Assembly (NCBI GenBank): GCA_030141605.1
Contig: JAQGDQ010002110.1
Location: 1 to 14,605 of the forward strand
DNA length: 14,605 nucleotides
Direction of reading: 5' to 3'
DNA from: Tubiluchus corallicola
Lineage: Eukaryota > Animalia > Priapulida
This document shows positions 1 to 8,690 of this stretch, one piece after another. Both the position numbers and the translations under genes were made by a program. Positions within the stretch are counted from its first letter, which is position 1, and the number at the start of each line of letters is the position of its first letter. Below the pieces are notes generated by a model. It worked only from the letters and a program-made list of their open reading frames with translations, ran no database searches and was not told the DNA's origin.

Positions 1-32
1 ATGATTATGTTAAAGGATTATAAACTCCAAAA

Positions 33-100
33 TATTATACGTGTTAAAATATTATACGTGTTGAAGTATTATACGTGTTAAAGTATTATACGTGTTGAAA
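33..100. repeat. 17-bp tandem repeat, 4 copies (TATTATACGTGTTRAAR)
   Basis: Units start at 33, 50, 67 and 84, read directly from the sequence. Confidence 0.9.
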
Positions 101-1379
101 CAAATAATACCAATTATAGCAGCAGTTATGCATAGACGTCAACAAATGATAATATGTTCAAAATGTCTAAGTAGCATATAAGTTCAAAATATATATCAGT
201 TTGATTCAAATATATATATAAAGGGTCAAAAAATGTATAGTAGCACACATTAAAATAAGTACATCATTGATCAATTTAACATCATTGATTGATTAAAACA
301 TAATGTGATTATGATTACACGTTCAAAAATTCTACACAAGTGTTTTTTCTTGAGATGCAATTAAAATGTAACATTGGTCTCTTTGTCCAGCTTATTACAC
401 ACACTCAACATTCATGATAACATTTATATGCACAATATTCATTTTAACATTAATTCAAACATTTAGGAGAAGTCAGATTATCACACTTAAACGGAATAGT
501 CAACCCGATTGCAGCTGGCGCTTGGACAACTCCAGACAAACCAATATTGGGTAGAATGACTCATATACTGTCACACTATATCTACATTACACAACCAAGC
601 TACTAAGTTAAAACGCCCATATTATAACAGCAGGGTAAACGCTAGGTGTTGTTTACTCTGCCAGTTTTATCTACAAAATATGGATCAATATCAATATGTA
701 GTAAATTCGCATAGGTTGACTGCTGGCATGTTGCCAAGTGTAAGTTGAAAGTTGACAGCGCATTAAATCATTGTGATAGTACAGTCATAAGACCGCTAGA
801 TATCAGCTTGGTTAAGTTCACGAAACGGTATTGCAACTGTAATAACCATAACTAATTTATAGTATGAAATGGCTTATATGTTGTACCCACTTAATATAAT
901 GTCTACCATGTAAATGTGATTGAAATAGCAAATCACCAAAGTAACAAAACTCTCAGAGCTGTGAGCTGTTATTATTCTCCTCCTATACAGGCCTATATGT
1001 GTAACACTGAATCAACGATATTGCAAATACCAGCCAGTTCACTTACCCTATAACCTTGCGCTAGACTACAGCTTAACATGACAAACTACAAATTTCAGGC
1101 TTATCATAATGAAATGCTGATCTAGCTGTATTAGCCTATAATGAACAATAAATTGCGAACTATGGAAATCCCAACATTGTCCTTTACAGAGTTTAACATT
1201 TTAACTGGAGGAGGCAAACATATAAAATGCACAAATATCATCAAAGAAGGTGTCGGTTGTCGAAAAAAAAGAGTTTAATGTATATCTGATAATGTGTAAC
1301 GGAGCAAAGTGAAAGAAATTAGCCCTACACAGGGTTCCCAGGGCCTATATTGCAGCTTCTACCGCATGTATTGCAAAAA

Positions 1380-1860
1380 ACTACTGTGTAAATGATTATA
1401 TTTCTGTTCAACATAGATGTAATCTAGGTGTTCCGCAAGGGTCAGTCTCAACTCCAATTTTGTCTATATTTTTCATTGTTGATATGTTTCATATCGGCAG
1501 ACAGCAGTGTACAGCAGTCAGTAAAAAATACAAGTATGACGGGTCCTTGCATGAGCCAGTCATAAACCCTTTAATCCTGTGTTTAATTGAACAAAGTTAT
1601 GTAATATCATACACAAATGGTGACAGAAATGGTGTTTAAAAATAAATTTGTTACCTGGTAAGACAGAAGAATTGTTAGTTAGAGCACGGAATGAAAGTAA
1701 TAAGCCGGAATAAGTTAAAAATTGATCATAATGAAATACTATTAGTTAAAGGCAAAACATTAGACCGTATTATTGATCGGAAATTTACTTTCTCAAAACG
1801 CGTTGTTAATGTACATAAAAAGTTTGAGCTGATGGCTAAAATTAAAATAAATTTTTTTAG
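1380..1860 (+). pseudogene. Decayed non-LTR retrotransposon (LINE) reverse transcriptase fragment
   Basis: The frame through 1427-1441 reads YCVNDYISVQHRCNL-GVPQG-SVSTPILSIFFIVDM, matching the LINE RT motif GVPQGSVLSPxLFxIxIxD. Downstream broken frames give KW*QKWCLK, GKTEELLV and KLKIDHNEILLVKGKTLDRIIDRKFTFSKRV, resembling W..W.L..N..KTE and LG..ID.KL.F..H. Stops and frameshifts are present and YADD is not intact. The relic may extend from ~1150 to ~2070. Confidence 0.8.
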
Positions 1861-2594
1861 TAAATGCAGAGATATGATGATTACTGTGACTGCAATTTTT
1901 TTTATAAAACTGCTATTTTGCCGATTACACTGTATGGTGTTATTGCAAGGTTAGGTAAAACAACTTTCCTTGTTTGACGATATAGTTTATGATGCAATGG
2001 TAAACGAAAAGAAGCAATCTTTTGTACACATGTTATTTATTTTCTGAATAAAGATTTATTATCACAAAAAAAAATAAAATCAGTGCTTATTCAGATATAT
2101 TTGACTCAACATGCAGGCCATACCATGACTACAGTTATTGTAACAAAGTAAAAGTATGTAATTTTTGTTTCCACATGAACATTATCAGCAGAGTTTTTTC
2201 ATTATTATTTTACTGTACAATTAAAGCATAAATTACCATATAAGTACAATTTATAATCTGAATCCATGTAGTAGTGCATAAAATAATTTTTTATTTCAGC
2301 ATCCATGCAACTTATTATAAAAATCCAGGTACAGTGTATATATTATTCTACAAAATCGTCTGGTATAGTGAAGAAGGCATTGGTAATGATGACGAAAATA
2401 AAAACTGTAATACTAAAACAGTAGTAACAATATGTTAACTGACATACTAGAAAATGGTGTATTCTGGAATAAACTCAGGCTAATAGCTATTCTCGCCCTT
2501 CTGTTATTACGCAACGGTTGTGTTATATAATTATATTAAATTAAATAATATTTGCTCTCATAATTATGTACTAGGCAATGGATACACAACCCAT

Positions 2595-2600
2595 TTTATT
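2595..2600 (-). terminator. Candidate AATAAA polyadenylation signal of the ankyrin/SOCS gene
   Basis: TTTATT on the + strand, ~155 nt past the stop codon. The AT-rich context makes a chance match possible. Confidence 0.3.
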
Positions 2601-2753
2601 TTTTAAATTCACTCTCTCCACAACTTACAATCTACGCAAAATTCTACCTGCGGCAAATTAAATCATTCACGAATCCTACAGAAATTACTATACATGGTTC
2701 ATGAGTTTTGAGTAGTGGAGTAGTTGTTTAGGTTGAAGTCGTTTACCATGGTT

Positions 2754-3887
2754 TCAAATTTGGGTTGGTATATCAAGCATTTTTACAAGTTTAGAGGGCA
2801 TTTGAAATTTGAAAGCTTCCAAATAAAGCCTATTTAAAAGAATAGTAGGCAAATGTAAGTCTACAACTAGTTGCTGTAGTTTAGAGGCAGATGTATCATC
2901 AAAGCTAATTTTCTTTGCCAGTTTTCTAACACACAGTTGCTGCAAGTCACTAGTAGCACAACCATACAGTTTTCCAACTAGATTTTGGATATCCGTACAG
3001 ATTCTAAACTCTGGAAAGTATTCTAATTGTTCCTTAAGTTCATTTTCGATGCTTGGATCGTCAAAGAAACCATTGTCTACTAGTGAAGATAAGTGATTAT
3101 ATTTCTCTTTGTATTTCTGATTTGGATCATAATACGAGAGAAGTCCTTGCCCGATGAGGAAGAACATGAGAGGAGAAAAGTTCCTCCCCCTAAAATATGC
3201 TCTAATTCCTGTCTTTGCACCATAGTGGATCAATTCTTTTGCTGTTGTAAAATCTGCTTGACACATGCTTGAATGCAGAGGACCACAATAGCTTTCAACA
3301 CCAGGGAAACACCATAAAGGTAAAAATACAATGCCTTCTACATTGACGTCTGCACCCGCTTCACATAGTAACCGCAACAGCGTTGTCTCACATGAAGTTT
3401 CAACTACAAGAGCGTGAATAATAGGGACACCTCTATAAGTTAGGGCATTAACATTCGCCCCATAGCTGATGAAGAGCCGAATGAGCGTTTCTATTTGTTC
3501 TTTATATATTTCTTCTTGGTGAATTTGTTGCCAGTCTAATCCAATAATGGGAACTGAATAATGATGAACATGGTACGATTCCCATTTTAGATATAAGAAA
3601 AGCAGCGTCTCGAATGGATTCTCAGCGAGTCTGCCAAGTTGCAGGTTTGAGTTTGCTCCATGTTCAACTAAACTCTTTGCCAAAGGAAGATGAATTATCT
3701 TTTCACGACCACTTCCAAGAACCATGTGAAGTGGGGAGTAGTGGTCTGGTCCTTCATTCAAGTATTCCTCATTTCTGTGAGCGCTAATTTCCTTCATTGC
3801 TTTATTATAATCACCAGCTACAATGGCTTTTGTAAGCTCTGTTTCACCGCAAGTTCTGTCTTGTAGTCCTTGGACACGATTATACAT
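2754..3887 (-). CDS. Intronless ankyrin-repeat and SOCS-box-containing protein (ASB-like putative E3 ligase substrate adaptor), 377 aa
   Basis: Uninterrupted 1134-nt ORF in AT-rich DNA, with A at -3 of the ATG. About 5 ankyrin-like units: GETELTKAI..GD; SPLHMV..AKSLVEHGANSN; LIRLFISYGANVNA; GVPIIHAL..LRLLCEAGADVN; GPLH..AKELIHYGA. The C-terminal SDLQQLCVRKL...VVDLHLPTILLNRL (aa 313-355, nt 2823-2951) fits the SOCS-box BC-box plus Cul5-box pattern. Confidence 0.88.
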   Translation of the reverse strand: MYNRVQGLQDRTCGETELTKAIVAGDYNKAMKEISAHRNEEYLNEGPDHYSPLHMVLGSGREKIIHLPLAKSLVEHGANSNLQLGRLAENPFETLLFLYLKWESYHVHHYSVPIIGLDWQQIHQEEIYKEQIETLIRLFISYGANVNALTYRGVPIIHALVVETSCETTLLRLLCEAGADVNVEGIVFLPLWCFPGVESYCGPLHSSMCQADFTTAKELIHYGAKTGIRAYFRGRNFSPLMFFLIGQGLLSYYDPNQKYKEKYNHLSSLVDNGFFDDPSIENELKEQLEYFPEFRICTDIQNLVGKLYGCATSDLQQLCVRKLAKKISFDDTSASKLQQLVVDLHLPTILLNRLYLEAFKFQMPSKLVKMLDIPTQI

Positions 3888-4551
3888 GATGACACTGTTT
3901 TGCTAAGAGTAATATTATTTGCTTATTCAACTATATGTTAGGAAATATGTTCTGCTTGGTAACAGATCAAATTCTTGAAGACGTGTATTCACCCTAAGCT
4001 ATCTGTGATAACATGTTGACGAAATAACTATTCTATACCATAGCAAGGTGCAAGGGTCAATGTGTTTATGGCATGTTTTTCATCGTAATGTTTATCAAAG
4101 ATAAGAGTTAGCCATAATGAGAAAGGAACATTTATTTTATGACAAAGACAGGCAAGTCTTACGACACTGTACAGTAGTTTATTATTGGGTCAAAGCATTA
4201 TTTGTTTTGTTTTACTCAGCAACATCAATTCGTCATTTACGTTTACAAAAATAAAATTTATATGGGCTTAACTTTCAGCATGAGCTGATCCAACATAAAA
4301 CGTTCGCACATCTCTTTTCAATTAACGTTTAAAACAAACAATGTGATACAATAGGGCTTTGTTGTTTGTTCTGTATTGTTTGATTGTTTCTAACATTGAA
4401 GAGAAACCTACAACAAAGCATAGAGCGGTTCCCAGAGTTGACGCCTACAATAGAAATTGAACCAAAAATAGCCAAAACATGCCAGATTATTCAGTTTTGC
4501 CTAGCATGCCAATTGGGTTTCGTCTCTAAAACCGAACTGCACATGCGCAGT

Positions 4552-4878
4552 CAGGGCCGTCTTAACAGCATTATAGATTCCCTTGGCAAAGCAGAGCGCA
4601 GTGACCTCTAAACTACACAACCACTTAATGTAAAAGGTCGATAAAATTAAACATGTATTTATTGTATCGGTACTTGCCACAAAATCAGTGTTTAAACACT
4701 AAAAAACATGCTGCACAGCAAAGAATAATCAACACAAACGTTTGAACAACATAATATCAGCCTCGAAAAACACAAATATTTCAACACAGACATTTAGTCA
4801 CATATTGACATGCATAGATAGGTTTGGGGCCCCTATGATACGCAACTGCCCGCGTGCCTGTGCGTTAAGACGACCCTG
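4552..4878. mobile_element. hAT-type MITE, 327 bp
   Basis: 15-bp TIRs CAGGGCCGTCTTAAC (4552-4566) and GTTAAGACGACCCTG (4864-4878) with 1 mismatch, and CAG termini. The flanking 8-mers TGCGCAGT and TGTACAAT match 5/8 with transition-only differences, consistent with a decayed 8-bp TSD. Confidence 0.8.
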
Positions 4879-5112
4879 TGTACAATTTCTTACGACTGTT
4901 ATATGAATTTGGAAAAATGTCTATCAATAGCTTGCTGATTGAAAGAGTTAGTGAATGAGAGAAAGAGAAATAACATGTTACAACGTTATAAATTATACAG
5001 GCGTAACTCTACATAAAGCCCAAAAATGAGAGGCCTATTTGATTTCAGGCGCAGGTATCAAGTTTACTGTCAGCAAGTGATATATGTAAACGTATTATAA
5101 ATTAATTAATTG

Positions 5113-5740
5113 ATAGCAAAGGCCCCGCAAAAAAATTGCGTATAAATAAACTTATAATCAAAAATGCGCGAACATTCTACCTAGCATCCATTTGTTTATC
5201 TAACGCAAAGCCAACAGTAGCAGCTTTTACTGAATTAAAGTTATAAGGTTACAGACAGAGTATAATGGATGACGTCAGAACAATGGCTTTGCGTCAGCAG
5301 TTTTCCAAGCGAAAATTGCCGAAAATAGAACATCTAATTAACTCGTCGTCACTCCTCTTGGTGGACGTGTCCTAACATATAGCCCACATCATCGTGTAGC
5401 CCTGTTCTTGCTCTTTCTAAAGAGCTATATGTCTACTTTTGAGAGTCCCATCAGGCGCCGCTAGAACGTTTTTTCTGCAAGCTGTTTGTCCAAAATTTCG
5501 AAAAAATCCAGAATTTTGCAATTTTTTGTAAAAAACAGCCGAAAATGACCATTTTTGGAGGTTTTTCGCCCCCTCCCCGTTCGTCCCAGTGGGACCAATT
5601 AAAAAAATAAACCCCCAATGGCATGACACTAGATCGAGACCTTTCATTTGACATAGATCGTCGCAAATCATGCCGCCGTCGAAGCTGTTGCCTCGAATCT
5701 TATATATATATATCAAATGCCACCTAAATTAATATATAGA
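5113..5740 (-). mobile_element. Non-autonomous Helitron, copy 1 (apparently full length, 628 bp)
   Basis: On the - strand it begins TCTATATATTAAT at 5740, has (TA)n near the 5' end and a subterminal hairpin CGCAA-N5-TTGCG (5126-5140), and ends CTAT (mutated CTAG) at 5113. Confidence 0.75.
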
Positions 5741-6137
5741 CTAGCAAAGACCCCACAAAAAATTTTGCATATAAATCCACTTATAATCAACAATGTGCAA
5801 ACATCCTACTTAGTGTTCGTTTATTTATCTAATGCCAAGCCAGCAGCAGCAGATTTTAGTGAATTAAAGTGATAAGGTTATGGACGGAGTATAATGGATG
5901 ACGTCAGAACAATGGCTTTGCGTCAGCAGTTTTCCAAGCGAAAATTGCCAAAAATAGAACATCTAATTAACTCATCGATACTCCTTTTGGTGGGTGTGTC
6001 CTAAAATGCAGCCCACACCATCGTGTAGCCCTGTTCTTCCTCTTGCTAAAGAGCTATATATCTCCTTCCGAGAGTCCCACCAGGCGCCGCTAGAACGTTT
6101 TTTCCACATGCTGTTTGGTCAAAGTTTCGAAAAAATC
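5741..6137 (-). mobile_element. Non-autonomous Helitron, copy 2 (5'-truncated), head-to-tail with copy 1
   Basis: Direct repeat of 5113-5508 at an offset of ~628-629. CTAG 3' terminus at 5741-5744 with a hairpin remnant CAAAA-AA-TTTTG. Similarity ends near 6137. Confidence 0.75.
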
Positions 6138-6341
6138 GGGAGTTGGGTTCGGGAAAACGCCCGTTACAGGATGCCGTGGCCCTTTTACGAATTTTAAATA
6201 TGCCTGCTACACCCACTGCTGACCAGACTATCTGACCGTAGCCAACACCGCCCTCAGCCCATTCTATTGACCTACATGCTTGTGTACAACAAAACTTATT
6301 CAGATGTGACATTTGCATTATTTTATTTTTTTTATTTTCAG

Positions 6342-6502
6342 GTATTCCGTATCAGATAACCGTATGGACGGGTGATAGACGCGGTGCCGGTACCGATGCT
6401 AATGTGTTCATACAAATGTATGGTGACGTCGGAAAAACGGAAACGGTGCAACTGCGCAATAATAGTGATAATTTTGAACGTGGGGAGGTCGATCAGTTTA
6501 AG
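6342..6502 (+). CDS. LOXHD1: Internal coding exon: N-terminal half of a PLAT/LH2 domain, LOXHD1-like gene
   Basis: T-rich tract plus CAG acceptor ending at 6341, and AAG|GTAAAA donor at 6503. After 2 phase nucleotides it encodes IPYQITVWTGDRRGAGTDANVFIQMYGDVGKTETVQLRNNSDNFERGEVDQFK, a canonical PLAT signature (Y.I.V.TG...GAGTDANV.I..YG..G.T....L......FERG..D.F). The PLAT call is strong. LOXHD1 is the best guess; polycystin-like or lipoxygenase genes are not excluded. Confidence 0.85.
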
Positions 6503-6728
6503 GTAAAAGAAATTGTTTATGTTTTTCGAATACAGAGACTTAAAATCAACAACCTTTATAAAGCAGCTAATACGTTAAAATGAAAAAGTGCCAAAATTAC
6601 TAATTAAAGCAATTGGTTAAAGCACCACAAGAAAATCCACTTCGTTAATACAGCTTAAAATATGCTCTTGAGTTTTTTATCACCAACATGCTGTTTTGTT
6701 GCATACGTGCAGTGGCTGCTCGTGTGTT

Positions 6729-7315
6729 GGTACTGTGGAACTGCAGCACCCCCTATTTTCACTCAATATTATCGATAACATTCAATATAATGAGTCTGTT
6801 TTCTTTGATTCAAGTACAAATAAAAATACACCAACTTTTTATTTCTTCACTAATTAAATTCAGCCATAAATTGTCTTTAACAGGTAAGAAATTTACCTGT
6901 CCTGTATCATTTAACGGGTAAGAAATTTACCTGTCCTGTATCATTTAACGGGTAAGAAATTTACCTGTCCTGTATCATTTAACAGGTAAGAAATTCACCT
7001 GTCCTGTATCATTTAACAGTTAAAAAATTTACCTGTCCTGTATCATTTAACAGGTAAGAAATTTACCTGTCCTGTATCATTTAACGGGTAAGAAATTTAC
7101 CTGTCCTGTATCATTTAACGGGTAAGAAATTTACCTGTCCTGTATCATTTAACAGGTAAGAAAGTTACCTGTCCTGTATCATTTAACAGGTAAGAAATTT
7201 ACCTGTCCTGTATCGTTTAATCTGTTTAGGTACTGTGGAACTGCAGCACCCCCTATTTTCACTCAATATTATCTCTAATATTCCATATAATAAGTCTTTT
7301 TCTTTAGTTCTTTCT
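6729..7315 (+). repeat. Direct repeats flanking the 34-bp array
   Basis: 6729-6773 and 7229-7273 are identical over 45 bp (GGTACTGTGGAACTGCAGCACCCCCTATTTTCACTCAATATTATC), followed by ~40 bp of diverged similarity. The first copy is preceded by CAGTGGCTGCTCGT at 6710, which resembles a MITE terminus. Confidence 0.85.
6876..7220. repeat. 34-bp minisatellite, 10 copies, each with an internal inverted repeat
   Basis: Unit TTTAACRGGTAAGAAATTTACCTGTCCTGTATCA starts at 6876+34n. ACAGGTAA/TTACCTGT forms an 8-bp stem with a 5-nt loop. Confidence 0.95.
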
Positions 7316-7335
7316 CTATACTTGTATGGAACTAG

Positions 7336-7831
7336 AGCACTTGAGGGTAGTACTGTTTGTTTCACAGTCCAGCACAGTGCGCTCCAGCAACGCGGTGTTT
7401 GGCTGTGCACATGTCTGAGCCCAGGTAGAGAAAGTACTGTCACTCACACAGTTTGTTGTCAGTTGTCACGCTTACTGCGGATAGATCAACCTTGAACTGC
7501 GACAATTTAGGCTATTAGTAAACAAAAATATTTTTTGTTTAGAATTTTTTCAAATTTGTGTATTAACACAGCACTTGAGAGTAGTACTGTTTGCTTCGCA
7601 GCCCAGCACAGTGGTGTGTTTGGCTGTCGTGAGCATGCCGCCAGGCACACGTGTCTGAAATAGCATGCTGTATGCTGCAGTGCTAGCGTCTGCTACTAGG
7701 TAGAGAAAGTACTGTCACTCACACAGTTGTCACGTGCTTAAAAACCGTGTACTGGCATGTTCTTGAATGTGATAAAGTGTAGAATTAAATTTAGGCTACT
7801 ACAATTAGAATCAGAACTGCGACAATTTAGG
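7336..7831 (+). repeat. Imperfect tandem duplication (~7336-7512 vs ~7570-7831)
   Basis: Shared blocks in the same order, separated by indels: AGCACTTGAGRGTAGTACTGTTTG, GTGTTTGGCTGT, AGGTAGAGAAAGTACTGTCACTCACACAGTT, GAACTGCGACAATTTAGG. Confidence 0.85.
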
Positions 7832-8230
7832 ATTTCATCAAATTTATGTATAAATTTTCGTATGTTTGTTTGGCTAAAATCACAATTACATATAAAATAT
7901 TAAAATTAGATATATATATTTTCATTTTACACAGTATTAAAACAATGGCTAAACATTTTCTGAAGTAGCACAACAACTAATTTTAGCTACGAGCTGCCAT
8001 TACATATAGAGTTTTTGTTGGTACCAACGCTGTACGTAACTTGTAAATCTAAACTTCCTCAATGACCGAGAGGTATAGCCATTTTAATGATAAATCATTT
8101 GAAACAAGTTTAGACAACACTGATTGAATTTGAAAAAATAATCAGTGCATTCTCAGTTTCATCTCCCATGCAAACTAACTAAACAAAAATTTAATTCATG
8201 TATCCTGTCAGTGAAACGCTACGTAATACA

Positions 8231-8553
8231 ACTGTCGGTAACATCTTTCTGATTGGACAATTATTGTACATTGTTCTACTTAAAGCTGTCGGAAACATCT
8301 TTCTGATTGGACAATTATTGTACATTGTTCTACTTAAAGCTGTTAGAAACATCTTTCTGATTGGACAATTATTGTACATTGTTCTACTTAAAGCTGTTAG
8401 AAACATCTTTCTGATTGGACAATTATTGTACATTGTTCTACTTAAAGCTGTTAGAAACATCTTTCTGATTGGACAATTATTGTACATTGTTCTACTTAAA
8501 GCTGTCGGAAACATCTTTCTGATTGGACAATTATTGTACATTGTTCTACTTAA
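8231..8553. repeat. 54-bp minisatellite, 6 copies
   Basis: Unit GCTGTYRGAAACATCTTTCTGATTGGACAATTATTGTACATTGTTCTACTTAAA. The variant order is TCGG, TCGG, TTAG, TTAG, TTAG, TCGG. Confidence 0.95.
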
Positions 8554-8690
8554 CGCTAGTTAAGAAGTATTCCATGCTTAATAGAAACATGGACTTCTGT
8601 AGCTTAATTGTAATGAATAACTTTAAAACCAGGTGAATCACTACTGTCATCACCTCATTAGCTACATAATTACAACTCATTATACCTCAT

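Noticed and set aside
468-551. Possible + strand exon (EVRLSHLNGIVNPIAAGAWTTPDKPIL) between TTTAG and GTAGAA
   Set aside because: Weak splice signals and no resemblance to a PLAT domain; cannot be supported without transcripts.
6138-6218. MITE-like end (CCTGCTACACCCACTG) next to Helitron copy 2
   Set aside because: No partner TIR or TSD was found; too short to call.
6876-7220. CRISPR-like array (34-bp palindromic repeats)
   Set aside because: Units are contiguous with no unique spacers, there are no cas genes, and the context is eukaryotic. The same applies to the 25-, 54- and 71-bp arrays.
4384-7495. Short ORFs of 67-99 aa
   Set aside because: They overlap the MITE, Helitron or duplicated non-coding repeats, several have non-ATG starts, and none shows a protein motif.
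8191-8563. 18-aa repeat ORFs on both strands
   Set aside because: The 54-bp unit is a multiple of three and happens to lack stops; no recognisable domain.
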